Source: Chloroflexota bacterium (GTDB taxonomy: Bacteria; Chloroflexota; Anaerolineae; Anaerolineales; UBA11858). Taken from it: a stretch of 64,000 bases of DNA. The position numbers and the translations under genes were made by a program. The DNA is taken from assembly GCA_018648225.1 (NCBI GenBank), contig JABGRQ010000199.1, positions 6,606 through 70,605 on the forward strand, written 5' to 3'. Positions 46,444 to 55,545 of this stretch are shown piece by piece (within the stretch, counting starts at the first letter, position 1; each line of letters begins with the position of its first letter). The notes under the pieces are model-generated. The model ran no database searches. It was given only the letters and a program-made list of their open reading frames with translations, and had not been told where the DNA came from.

Positions 46444-47376
46444 TTAACGGAGCTTGCGCCAGAGAACGAGCAGCTTTTGACGCATCTGCGGCCCAATCCA
46501 CGAAGCCAACCAGCCGAGGTAGGCGCTCCATTGGGCAGGATTTTGGCGAATGGCTTTTAGGCTATACGCACGAACGGCGGACATTTGCTCAAGCTGCCCC
46601 GCGGCAAGAATATTGTGTCCGGCGTTGCTGTACAATTTTGCCCATGCCCGACGGCGAAATTTGGGCGAGAGCACCAGATCATCATCAAGCGCTTTTTGCA
46701 AATAACGCTCAAAATCGGCAATGGCGCGCAAATCGGCTTTTGCAACTGAAGTATTTTCGGTGTGGACGCGCATCGTAGTTAGAATCTCGGGGATAGCGGC
46801 GAAGTGATAGTGCCGCGCCACGCGCCGCCACAGGTCAATATCTTCTCCCCAGCGCATGGCTTGGTCAAAGCCGCCGGTTTCGATCAGTGCGGCAGCGCGC
46901 AGCATCACGCACGAGGGCGGAATCAGCACCGACCAATCGAGCAGCATCTCTGGGTAGACATTTCCAGAAAAATTTGATGTATCTCGCTCGGCCAGCAAAT
47001 TATCGTCCATGTCCACGCGGCGAAAACTGCCATGCACCAGCCCAATTTCAGAATCTGCATCGAGGAGGGCGGCCTGTTTCTCGAGTTTATCGGGGGCAAA
47101 CAAGTCATCGGAATCGAGGAAAGCGAGATACGCCCCCTGCGCCAGCGCAATTGCCCGGTTGCGCGCCGCTGAAACCCCGCGATTCTCCTGACGAGAATAG
47201 CGAATTTGGCCCGCGTCGATCCACGGTTGAAGTACAGCCTGTGTGCCATCGGTCGAGCCGTCATCGACAATGATAATCTCAACATCGCGAAACGTCTGCG
47301 CTTGCACACTCTCGATGGCTTCGACAATATAGTCGGCGCGGTTATAGGTGGGGATAATGACGCTAACTTTGGGCAT
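46444..47376 (-). CDS. family 2 glycosyltransferase
   Basis: MPKVSVIIPTYNRADYIVEAIESVQAQTF...IIVDDGSTDGT...FLDSDDLF. Confidence 0.85.
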   Translation of the reverse strand: MPKVSVIIPTYNRADYIVEAIESVQAQTFRDVEIIIVDDGSTDGTQAVLQPWIDAGQIRYSRQENRGVSAARNRAIALAQGAYLAFLDSDDLFAPDKLEKQAALLDADSEIGLVHGSFRRVDMDDNLLAERDTSNFSGNVYPEMLLDWSVLIPPSCVMLRAAALIETGGFDQAMRWGEDIDLWRRVARHYHFAAIPEILTTMRVHTENTSVAKADLRAIADFERYLQKALDDDLVLSPKFRRRAWAKLYSNAGHNILAAGQLEQMSAVRAYSLKAIRQNPAQWSAYLGWLASWIGPQMRQKLLVLWRKLR

Positions 47377-47388
47377 GACAAGTATTTT

Positions 47389-47456
47389 CACCACCAAGAC
47401 TCAAAGACACGAAGGGAAATTGTCAAAAAAATTTATGTCTTTGTGCCTTCGTGGTG
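47389..47456. repeat. R-family composite hairpin, copy 10
   Basis: CACCACCAAGACTCAAAGACACGAAGG - loop - TGTCTTTGTGCCTTCGTGGTG. Confidence 0.9.
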
Positions 47457-47462
47457 AGATTT

Positions 47463-48788
47463 TTAAACCAATATTTCGCGCCAACGCTTCACACGGCGGG
47501 CGATTTCGGCGGGGTTGATAGCATCGCTTTCGTGCGCTGTCCAACCTTGATCCTGGGTTTGGATGCCCAGCGCGGCGAGGGTGTTCTGAAACAGCCGCCA
47601 GCCATGTTTGCGCGCCGTACGATACAAACGCTCCGCAGTAACACGTTCCAACTGACGGGCAATTTCCAGTGGCGGCGGGGTGGAAAGTTCACCCTTCGCT
47701 TTGACGGTGAGCATGCGGGCGATATTAGCAATGGCGTCGCCGCGGCTCATCATCAGGGGAATGAGCCATTTTTCCAGTTCAACCCAATTCTTAGTGAGTT
47801 CTTTCTGCGAGATCGCTGCGAGAAAATCGGTCTGGGTTTCGAGTTGGTCGGTGAGCGCGTACCAATCGGCGTGGAGCAACGCAGGGAAGGGCTGCGGGGC
47901 CAGCATATACACCGGTTTGCGAGCAACCGCGCCTTCGAGCATGGTGGTGCTGTACGAAGAGACGACCACATCCGCTGCCAAAATCCACTCGCGCACCGTA
48001 CCGTGTTTGATGAAATGCAAACGGTTGGGCAAATCTCCGGCGCACTCACGCACCCGCTCGATAAAATTTTGCGCCGGGATCGCCGGGCGGGGACGGATAA
48101 TAATTTCCAGTTCATCAATTTTCGCAGCTTCCCGCCACCAGATAGAGACAGCACGCAACGAAGCACGAGCAAAATCACGATACTCGTAGGCTTGCTGCGG
48201 GTCAAAGCCCCGCCGGATGCGGGCGCGTACCATGTGGTCTTCAAAAAAGGCCCAGCCGTAATTTTCAGGGATGAAAACCCAGCGTTTCCCCGCGTCCAGG
48301 CCAAATTGCTTCGCCAACGCTTCACGTTGATTGTCATAATAATCTGCATAGGGCGGGCGGTAGAGCGCATACGAGGGATTGCCGTTGATATAAATATGTT
48401 CCGGCGGCACGGCATGGGTTTTTAAATACTCGGCGAAAAAATCACCCCAGGCGTGATACAAAACAAATTTTTGGGCAAACTCGTCTTTGGGCGAGTTCAA
48501 ATCCTTTTGCGCCTGCCCCAAAACCTGCTCATACGAAAGACTGACATATTCGGCCTGCGGCCAGCGCGCCACAATTTTGTCCAGCCCGGCTTCATGAACA
48601 GCGACACAATAGGGCAGGGTCACGACGCGCGGCTGGAAGTTGGTCAGTGTTTCCTCGATGCGATGTGTAATCGAAACGATTTCGACTCTTAGTTCCGTAT
48701 CGCGCTCGATAATGGCCTTCACCGCACAAGCAATATCCAGCTCGCGGGCGACGTGTTCAACAAAGTAGAGAATATCAACGGATTTCAT
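47463..48788 (-). CDS. GT-B-like surface-carbohydrate biosynthesis protein, candidate nonulosonic-acid transferase
   Basis: MKSVDILYFVEHVARELD...VVVSSYSTTMLEGAVARKPVYML. ATGA overlap with neuA. Confidence 0.4.
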   Translation of the reverse strand: MKSVDILYFVEHVARELDIACAVKAIIERDTELRVEIVSITHRIEETLTNFQPRVVTLPYCVAVHEAGLDKIVARWPQAEYVSLSYEQVLGQAQKDLNSPKDEFAQKFVLYHAWGDFFAEYLKTHAVPPEHIYINGNPSYALYRPPYADYYDNQREALAKQFGLDAGKRWVFIPENYGWAFFEDHMVRARIRRGFDPQQAYEYRDFARASLRAVSIWWREAAKIDELEIIIRPRPAIPAQNFIERVRECAGDLPNRLHFIKHGTVREWILAADVVVSSYSTTMLEGAVARKPVYMLAPQPFPALLHADWYALTDQLETQTDFLAAISQKELTKNWVELEKWLIPLMMSRGDAIANIARMLTVKAKGELSTPPPLEIARQLERVTAERLYRTARKHGWRLFQNTLAALGIQTQDQGWTAHESDAINPAEIARRVKRWREILV

Positions 48789-49489
48789 AGGGAATTTTTC
48801 TGGCGCGCCAACCAAAATTCGGCCAAGTCCAAATCTTCAGGCGAATCAATATCTATCGAGGAAGTTGGATCCATCTCATAGGGCAGGGTTTTTGCCCCGT
48901 AGAGGTGGTCCTGCTCGAGGGTGGCGCGGCGAATAACGAGCACGGCTGGCCCGTTGCGGGCGTAAACGCGCGGTTTATCTTGCCGCCGAAGGATCATTTC
49001 ACCGGGTAAGAAGGGTTGCAAACAACCTTCATCGTCGAGTTGCATCACCGAGACGGGGTTGAAGTGATGGGGGACAGCCACAACCGAGACGACAGTATCT
49101 GCCCCTTTTGTTAGGAGCAACTCCACCGCCGCGTCAATGTGCTCCGCGCTACGCAGGGGTGATGTCGGTTGGAGCAGCACCAGCACATCCACAGGAAAAT
49201 CTTGCTCGGCAGCCATCCAATCCAGCGTGTGCTGTAAAACGGGCAGCATGGGGGTATCGTCGGCGGCGAGATAAGCGGGGCGCATGAACGGCACATCGAT
49301 ACCACAGGCGCGGCCAACTTCAGCTATTTCGGGATTATCGGTATTGAGAATCACGCGAGACAACCGCTGACTGCTCAACGCGGCTTCGCAGGTGTAGGCC
49401 AGCAGGGGCTTGCCCGCCAGGGGGGTGATATTTTTGTGCGGGATGGCTTTCGAGCCGCCGCGAGCGGGGATGATGCCGAGAATATTCAC
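48785..49489 (-). CDS. neuA: acylneuraminate (CMP-nonulosonate) cytidylyltransferase
   Basis: (GTG)NILGIIPARGGSKAIPHKNITPLAGKPLLAYT...LLQPTSPLR. Confidence 0.85.
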   Translation of the reverse strand: MNILGIIPARGGSKAIPHKNITPLAGKPLLAYTCEAALSSQRLSRVILNTDNPEIAEVGRACGIDVPFMRPAYLAADDTPMLPVLQHTLDWMAAEQDFPVDVLVLLQPTSPLRSAEHIDAAVELLLTKGADTVVSVVAVPHHFNPVSVMQLDDEGCLQPFLPGEMILRRQDKPRVYARNGPAVLVIRRATLEQDHLYGAKTLPYEMDPTSSIDIDSPEDLDLAEFWLARQKNSL

Positions 49490-49490
49490 A

Positions 49491-50654
49491 CTAATACGTC
49501 ATGCGTTTGTTAATATTGAACTCCGCCGTCGCCAAAATATCGGCGATGCGTTCACCGGCGCGGCCGTCGCCATAGATGGGTTCGGAGGGGTAATGACCAT
49601 GCTCCACCTGCTGTTGAATGGCGGCCACGATTTGGGCGCGGTCGTAAGCCACATCGATGACGTTCTTACCGCGTTCGCGGCCAATCTGACGCGTGCCCAC
49701 GTTGACAGCGGGAACGCCGAGAAACGCGCCCTCGCGGATGGCAGCGCTAGAATTGCCAATTTTGCAGGCGCAGTTTTTCATCAATCGCACATAAGTATCT
49801 ACGGAGAAATTTTTGTAAAAACGGATGTAGTCGTGATTATAGTGTTCACGGAATTTACGCATACCACGGGCAATATCATCGGAACCGGCATCCACATTGG
49901 GCCAGAGCATGATGGTGGGCATTTTAAGTTCCTGCAATGCCATCAGGGTTTCGGTAATCTGACGCTCCCCATCGCCATATTCGGTGGTGACGGGGTGCTG
50001 CGAGACGAGCAAAAAGGGTTCATCCAGACTAATCTGCCCACCCACACCTTCATATTCCAGCCAGGCTTTTTCAGGCAAGCGATGATTCTCGGATGCAATT
50101 TCAGCCACCAAGTCAATGCGCGGACAGCCGGTGACATGCACAGTGGTCGGGTCTTCACCCATGCGGAGAATGCGCGTGGCGGCATCCTGGCTGGCGGGGA
50201 AGTGAATATGCGAGAGCTTGGTGATGGCGTGGCGGATATTCTCATCGATGGTGCCAGAAACTTCGCCACCCATGGTGTGCGCCAGGGGGATGTTCATATA
50301 GGCCGCGGCGATAGCCGTTGCCATGGTCTCGAAGCGATCGCCCACGGTAACGACGACATCTGGGTTGAGTTGTTCGATCACGCCGGGCAGTTCCAGCAGC
50401 CCCAGGCCGGTGGATTTTGCCATCGTGGTGGGATTTTCGCCCTCAATAATCATGTGGACGCGAGCGTCAATCTCGAAGCCGTCGGCGATTACAGTATCTA
50501 CCACCGCGCCGAAGCGGTCGAGCAGCGCTGAGGCTCCGGCAATAGTCTGTAAATTTAAAGCGGGATGCTGCTGCACGGCGCGCATCACACTTTTGATGCT
50601 ACTGTAATTGGCTCGTGAACCGACAACGATACATATTTTTCTCATAGGTTTCAT
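49491..50654 (-). CDS. neuC: UDP-N-acetylglucosamine 2-epimerase (hydrolysing type)
   Basis: MRKICIVVGSRANY...AHTMGGEVSGTIDENIRHAITKLSHIHF. Start is ATG 50654 or 50645; the track start lies in repeat R11. Confidence 0.8.
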   Translation of the reverse strand: MKPMRKICIVVGSRANYSSIKSVMRAVQQHPALNLQTIAGASALLDRFGAVVDTVIADGFEIDARVHMIIEGENPTTMAKSTGLGLLELPGVIEQLNPDVVVTVGDRFETMATAIAAAYMNIPLAHTMGGEVSGTIDENIRHAITKLSHIHFPASQDAATRILRMGEDPTTVHVTGCPRIDLVAEIASENHRLPEKAWLEYEGVGGQISLDEPFLLVSQHPVTTEYGDGERQITETLMALQELKMPTIMLWPNVDAGSDDIARGMRKFREHYNHDYIRFYKNFSVDTYVRLMKNCACKIGNSSAAIREGAFLGVPAVNVGTRQIGRERGKNVIDVAYDRAQIVAAIQQQVEHGHYPSEPIYGDGRAGERIADILATAEFNINKRMTY

Positions 50655-50667
50655 CCACAGATTTTTT

Positions 50668-50729
50668 ACCACAAAGACACGAAGGCTCAAAGAAAAAATA
50701 AAATTTCGTGTCTTTGTGCCTTTGTGGTG
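50668..50729. repeat. R-family composite hairpin, copy 11
   Basis: ACCACAAAGACACGAAGGCTCAAAG AAAAAATAAAAT TTCGTGTCTTTGTGCCTTTGTGGTG. Confidence 0.9.
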
Positions 50730-50737
50730 AAGTTTTT

Positions 50738-51739
50738 TTATCTGAAATCTTCTTCAGCCAGCAAAGCGCCGACTGCTATATCACGCGTAACCTTACGCCC
50801 AATGAACTCATCCAGGCGCGCCGCGGAGATGCCAGTACCCGGCTTTTTGATGCCGACCAGCTCACGGGTCAGAATCGTTCCGGCGGGGATGTCCATCGCC
50901 GCGACCAGGCTTTTTTCGAAGATGTTCTTCATGTCCTGGTACGGCTCCGTCCGTTTCTCTACATCCGCAGCTAACATGCGTTCAATGGCGCGCACACCTT
51001 GCACCAAATCCATCATTTCAGCGGGTTCGAGCGAATGGCGCGCATCGCTGCCATACATCAGACGGCTGAAAGTAAAATGCTTCTCGATTACGACCGCGCC
51101 CAGCGTAACGGCAGCAAAGACAGCGTAATTGGTCAGGGTGTGATCCGACAGGCCAACGGGAACGTTGTAACGCGCCGCCATCGCCTGCATCACGTTCAGG
51201 CCAACCCGCTCATAGGGCGTGGGATAAGCACTGGTGCATTGCATCACCATCAGGGGGGCGTTGTGCATTTGGATGACGGCCACGGCGCGGTCAATCTCAT
51301 CCCAGGAGGACATACCCGAAGAGAGGATGGCCGGCTTCCCGAGGCGGGCAATCTTTTCCAGCATGGGGAGGTTGGTAACTTCCCCCGAGGGGATTTTGTA
51401 CTGCGTCATGCCAACTTCTTCGAGCAAATCCACCGCTTCTTCCGAGAAGGGCGACGACAAAAAAGTGACACCATGCTCGTCGCAGTGCTGCTTGAGTTGT
51501 TTCCATTGTTCGAGGGTGAAACCCGTGCGCCGAAAATACTCAAAACGCGGCTCACCTTTGAAGTAGGGCGGCATGGGCGCATCGGGCAGAGTCTCGGCCT
51601 CGGGGATATGCGTCTGGAATTTAACCGCATCCACACCACAAGCGGCGGCGGCTTCGATCAACTTGGTGGCATTACCAAAGCTGCCATCGTGTACGGAGCC
51701 AATTTCGGCGATGATGAAGACTTTATTTAAGTTTCTCAT
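50738..51739 (-). CDS. neuB: N-acetylneuraminate-type (nonulosonic acid) synthase with SAF domain
   Basis: VFIIAEIGSVHDGSFGNATKLIEAAAACGVDAVKFQTH...GLSDHT...SAF-like GTILTRELVGIKKPGTG. Confidence 0.85.
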   Translation of the reverse strand: MRNLNKVFIIAEIGSVHDGSFGNATKLIEAAAACGVDAVKFQTHIPEAETLPDAPMPPYFKGEPRFEYFRRTGFTLEQWKQLKQHCDEHGVTFLSSPFSEEAVDLLEEVGMTQYKIPSGEVTNLPMLEKIARLGKPAILSSGMSSWDEIDRAVAVIQMHNAPLMVMQCTSAYPTPYERVGLNVMQAMAARYNVPVGLSDHTLTNYAVFAAVTLGAVVIEKHFTFSRLMYGSDARHSLEPAEMMDLVQGVRAIERMLAADVEKRTEPYQDMKNIFEKSLVAAMDIPAGTILTRELVGIKKPGTGISAARLDEFIGRKVTRDIAVGALLAEEDFR

Positions 51740-53280
51740 ACGGCTACAAATTCCTGTATGGCTTCAACCAACCGGGCAGCTTTTTCGTCGGCGGTGAGCG
51801 GCTTGATTTGTAAATGCGGCTCTACAGAGACATCAATGGCGGTTTTTTCTAGCGCAGAAACGAAGAGCCTGATTTTTTGCTCATCCAATGCATACCCGGT
51901 GCGGATTTTTTCCAACGCTGAGAGGCAGCTTTCGTAGGTGTCAATCTGGAAGGTACCTTCACAGCCACGATACCAGGGCAGACCAAAGAGCAGAACCGGC
52001 TTGCCACGATGCAGCGCTTCCCAGCCCGCGGTACCGGTTGTGGCAGCAACGGCTTGGGCATGATCGATCAAATCATACGATGAAATATCCAGCGGCACCA
52101 GTTGTACATTGGGCAAAGCTGCCAGATCATCGTACAGATCAAGTGAACGCCCGCTTTGGGCGCGAAAATATTTAGCGGGCGTAAACTGCGTCGGATGTTC
52201 TTTAACGTAGATTTTCCAATCTTTGGGAACGGCCTTCGACAACATATCCACAATGAGATATTGCTCGACGAACGCGCCTGCCATCGGTGAAGTGGTGCGC
52301 TCGGGCTGATAACTCAGGGCAACGAAAATATAGGGCTGATCGAAATCTAACTCAACCGCAAGTTGTTTATAACGCTGTTCCAGTTGACGCATTCGCCGCC
52401 GCGATCTGGCTCGAAAAATCTGGTACGCCAGAAAATTCATCTGTGAGTTTTCCAGCTTTTTGTGTTTTTGCTTGACATAGTTCTGGGGCACGGTCACACG
52501 GGCGCGCAAAATGCGGATCTGTTTCTTAATATATTGGGCGTACTTCTCAAAATCAAGCAATTTTTGCAGCACCGATTTCTGAGAAGATGTGCTGCCTTGA
52601 TAAAGCTTTTTCTTTGGGTCGCGGCGAATGTAGATCGGCGCATCTTGGTAGGAGCCCTTGAATGAGTGGATATAGTTTTCCACCTCATCAGAGAGAAAAA
52701 TATCATCGGGCACAGGATCAGCCAAGAGCTTGTTGTAGAGAGTTTCTGCCGGGGACGCACTCTCAAAGGTTTCCATGATAAAGGTTCTTCCCAAAAAGGG
52801 TGTACTTTCAAACATCAAAGTACGGATGCCGCGCTGCTTGCAATATTCGTGCAACACATAGTCGTAGATCATGTGCGGAATGACGGTGAACACCACTATA
52901 TCGGGCTGGGTCTCGTCGAGGACGGTTTGCCAGTACATCATCAGGCGGTGCAGCAGGCGCACGCGGTCGTTGTAATCGAAAGAGCCTAGCGCATCGTAGC
53001 GATCCATCATGCGCAGTAAAAGCAGTTCGGTGTAAGCATTCTGCTGAATTATGGGCTGATCCAGCGGCGCACACAAACGCTCCGCGTATACCGGGGCAGG
53101 GATGCCCTTAATGGCATCCAGCAGGGGATGAAAAATCACATCGGGATAGCGGCCCCGGATAATGGTTTCAGCTTCGGGCATCGCGATCCAGTACACCGGC
53201 TGCCAGCCATTCTCATCCGACAACAATTGCGCCGTTTTCAGCCAATATTCTTCAAACAGACCCGAATAAATGACTTTCAT
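51736..53280 (-). CDS. capsule-synthesis (KpsC/KpsS, PF05159-like) GT-B protein, candidate nonulosonic-acid transferase
   Basis: VKEHPTQF...SYDLIDHAQAVAATTGTAGWEALHRGKPVLLFGLPWYRGCEGTF. ATGA overlap with neuB. Confidence 0.5.
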   Translation of the reverse strand: MKVIYSGLFEEYWLKTAQLLSDENGWQPVYWIAMPEAETIIRGRYPDVIFHPLLDAIKGIPAPVYAERLCAPLDQPIIQQNAYTELLLLRMMDRYDALGSFDYNDRVRLLHRLMMYWQTVLDETQPDIVVFTVIPHMIYDYVLHEYCKQRGIRTLMFESTPFLGRTFIMETFESASPAETLYNKLLADPVPDDIFLSDEVENYIHSFKGSYQDAPIYIRRDPKKKLYQGSTSSQKSVLQKLLDFEKYAQYIKKQIRILRARVTVPQNYVKQKHKKLENSQMNFLAYQIFRARSRRRMRQLEQRYKQLAVELDFDQPYIFVALSYQPERTTSPMAGAFVEQYLIVDMLSKAVPKDWKIYVKEHPTQFTPAKYFRAQSGRSLDLYDDLAALPNVQLVPLDISSYDLIDHAQAVAATTGTAGWEALHRGKPVLLFGLPWYRGCEGTFQIDTYESCLSALEKIRTGYALDEQKIRLFVSALEKTAIDVSVEPHLQIKPLTADEKAARLVEAIQEFVAV

Positions 53281-53283
53281 GGG

Positions 53284-54552
53284 CTATCCGTTGGCCCCTA
53301 AATTCCAGCTGTGCTCGCACAGCACATCACCATCATTAGGGTGTGTGGGAATTTTGCCGCTGCCATAATAATCGCCATCAATCACGTCCAACGTCACGGC
53401 GCGAATTAGGCGATCGGCCTTGACGGTACCAATATCGGCCCCGAAATCGAGATAATAGCGCCCGGCCCGCAAAGGGAAACGCGGCACATGGCAAATTAAT
53501 TCACCTTTCTCCGGGAGCACAGAAAAATCCTGCGCTGTGAGATCCGTGCCCAAACGCAACATACCTTTTGTAAAGGCATCGCGAAGCCAGAGCAAAATCG
53601 TGATATTCTGAATTTCTGCTTCCGAGCGTTTGTAGTGCAACACAAAATCCACTGGCTCACCGGAGACCGCTGCATCTACCCGGTCGCCCTGGGGAGATCG
53701 CAACTCAAACCCGGTGAAACGGATCGCTCCATTCCCCTTGCGGTCGGAGCGTTCGGCAATGCTCGTGTGCCACTCCCCTTTTTCGCTGGCGTTTATTAAA
53801 TATTGCTGCACCACGCTGTCTACATCTCCATCGGCGACGGCTTGCCCACCTTCCAGCAATACAGCGCGGGTACACAAATTCTTAATCGCGCCCATATTAT
53901 GACTCACAAAAACCACCGTGCGACCACTCTCGGCGACTTCGGACATTTTTCCCAACGATTTCTTCTGGAAAGCAGCATCGCCCACGGCCAAAACTTCATC
54001 CACCAGCAAAATCTCAGGGTCCAGGTGCGCGGCAACCGCAAAGGCCAGACGTACCCCCATCCCACTGGAATATCGCTTGACCGGTGTGTCAATATAGGCT
54101 TCCACGCCGGAGAATTCCACAATTTGGTCGAATTTGCGGTCGATTTCGGATTTACGCATTCCCAAGATGGCACCGCTGAGATAAATATTTTCACGCCCGG
54201 TGAGTTCGGTATGGAAACCGGTACCGACCTCGAGCAGGGCACCCACGCGCCCGTAGAGATCAATATACCCCGCGGAGGGTTCTGTGATGCGTGAGAGCAC
54301 TTTTAAAAGCGTGCTTTTCCCGGCACCATTACGCCCAATCAGACCAATGACTTCGCCTTCAGCAATATCAAAAGAGACATCCTTCAACGCCCAAATTTCC
54401 TGCTTCCGGGTGGAAGCTGCGCCGCGCCGTAAGGGTTTGCGCGCTAAATTGACCAGATCATCTTGCAATGTGCGCGAAACCGCTCCGCCGGTGGTAGCGT
54501 CAATACGATAGACCTTGCTGATATTTTCAATATGAATCGCCAGTTTACTCAT
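53284..54552 (-). CDS. wzt: glycan ABC exporter ATP-binding protein with extended C-terminal domain (second Wzt)
   Basis: GRNGAGKSTLL, YSSGM, ILLVDE. The nucleotide-binding domain is close to that of 24695-26020, but the C-terminal ~170 aa are not alignable by eye. Confidence 0.85.
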   Translation of the reverse strand: MSKLAIHIENISKVYRIDATTGGAVSRTLQDDLVNLARKPLRRGAASTRKQEIWALKDVSFDIAEGEVIGLIGRNGAGKSTLLKVLSRITEPSAGYIDLYGRVGALLEVGTGFHTELTGRENIYLSGAILGMRKSEIDRKFDQIVEFSGVEAYIDTPVKRYSSGMGVRLAFAVAAHLDPEILLVDEVLAVGDAAFQKKSLGKMSEVAESGRTVVFVSHNMGAIKNLCTRAVLLEGGQAVADGDVDSVVQQYLINASEKGEWHTSIAERSDRKGNGAIRFTGFELRSPQGDRVDAAVSGEPVDFVLHYKRSEAEIQNITILLWLRDAFTKGMLRLGTDLTAQDFSVLPEKGELICHVPRFPLRAGRYYLDFGADIGTVKADRLIRAVTLDVIDGDYYGSGKIPTHPNDGDVLCEHSWNLGANG

Positions 54553-55391
54553 CAGATCACATCCGCAAAACCGCGCTCAATGCGGCGAAATACCATCGCG
54601 CCAGAGATAAAAATCAGAATACTCACCGACAGCGAAACAGCGAACGACAGCCAGGAAAACTCACCCTGCCCCAGCAACGCCCAACGAAAACCTTCGATCA
54701 CGCCCACCATCGGGTTGAGGGCGTAGAGCGCCTCCCACTGTTCTGGAACGATGCTGCTGGAATAGGCCACCGGAGAGGCATACATCCAGGCCTGCACTAA
54801 AAATGGCAGCGCGTAGATAAAATCGCGGTAGTGCACACTAAACGCCGAAATCCAGAAACTGACCCCGACCGAAATTAGCAAATTCACCAATACCAAACCG
54901 GGTAAGGCCAATAAATTCCATGTGAACGGCGTCTGATAGATCAATAATAATCCCCCCAGAGTCACCAAGCCCACAAAAAAATCGACCAGCACCGAGAAGG
55001 AACTCGCAATCGGCAGCACCAGACGCGGAAAATAAACTTTCGAAATCAACTCGCGCCCGCTGACAAGACTGCTCCCAGCGCGTTGCAACGACTGTGCAAA
55101 CAATGTCCAGGGCAATGTTCCCGCGAAGGCAAATAGCAGATAGGGCGAATCATCCGAGGGCAGTTTTGCCAAAACGCCAAAGATCACTGCGAAAATACCC
55201 GATGTTAGAATGGGCTGCAAAATCACCCAGGTTACACCCAGCGCGGTTTGTTTGTAGCGCAGTTTCACATCGCGCCAGGCTAATATCCAAAATAAATCGC
55301 GGTACGCCCACAACTCGCGCAAGCGTAACCCAGCCCACCCTTTCGTGCGTTGGATACGAATGTGGATACCACTGGCTAGTTTTTGTGTCAT
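54552..55391 (-). CDS. wzm: ABC-2 type glycan exporter permease (second Wzm)
   Basis: LWAYRDLFWILAWRDVKLRYKQTALGVTWVIL...KVYFPRLVLP. Its TGA stop shares one nucleotide with the wzt ATG (TGATG). Confidence 0.85.
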   Translation of the reverse strand: MTQKLASGIHIRIQRTKGWAGLRLRELWAYRDLFWILAWRDVKLRYKQTALGVTWVILQPILTSGIFAVIFGVLAKLPSDDSPYLLFAFAGTLPWTLFAQSLQRAGSSLVSGRELISKVYFPRLVLPIASSFSVLVDFFVGLVTLGGLLLIYQTPFTWNLLALPGLVLVNLLISVGVSFWISAFSVHYRDFIYALPFLVQAWMYASPVAYSSSIVPEQWEALYALNPMVGVIEGFRWALLGQGEFSWLSFAVSLSVSILIFISGAMVFRRIERGFADVI

Positions 55392-55413
55392 GTATGTCTC
55401 ATTCGAGTTTTTT

Positions 55414-55472
55414 CACCACAAAGGCACGAAGAAACAAAGAAAAACTCTTCGCGCCTTTGTGCCTTCGTGGTG
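55414..55472. repeat. R-family composite hairpin, copy 12
   Basis: CACCACAAAGGCACGAAGAAACAAAG AAAAACT CTTCGCGCCTTTGTGCCTTCGTGGTG. Confidence 0.9.
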
Positions 55473-55545
55473 AATGTTTGTAAAACAATTTTCGTGGAGT
55501 TTGTGTGTTCCACCAGTTGAATTCTGTCACGAAGGGGTCAACCTG

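Noticed and set aside
47451-48425. Long plus-strand ORFs such as 47451-48425, 49410-50531, 23914-24801, 28173-29036, 50999-51730, 16812-17459 and 3921-4583.
   Set aside because: Each lies antisense to a minus-strand CDS with clear family motifs. Their translations are R/G/H/A-rich and low in complexity, with no recognisable motifs. This is typical of shadow ORFs in GC-rich coding DNA.
48785-51739. Assigning the neuBCA product specifically as Neu5Ac rather than legionaminic or another nonulosonic acid.
   Set aside because: NeuB, NeuC and NeuA homologs of the different pathways cannot be told apart from motifs alone. The call is kept at nonulosonic-acid level.
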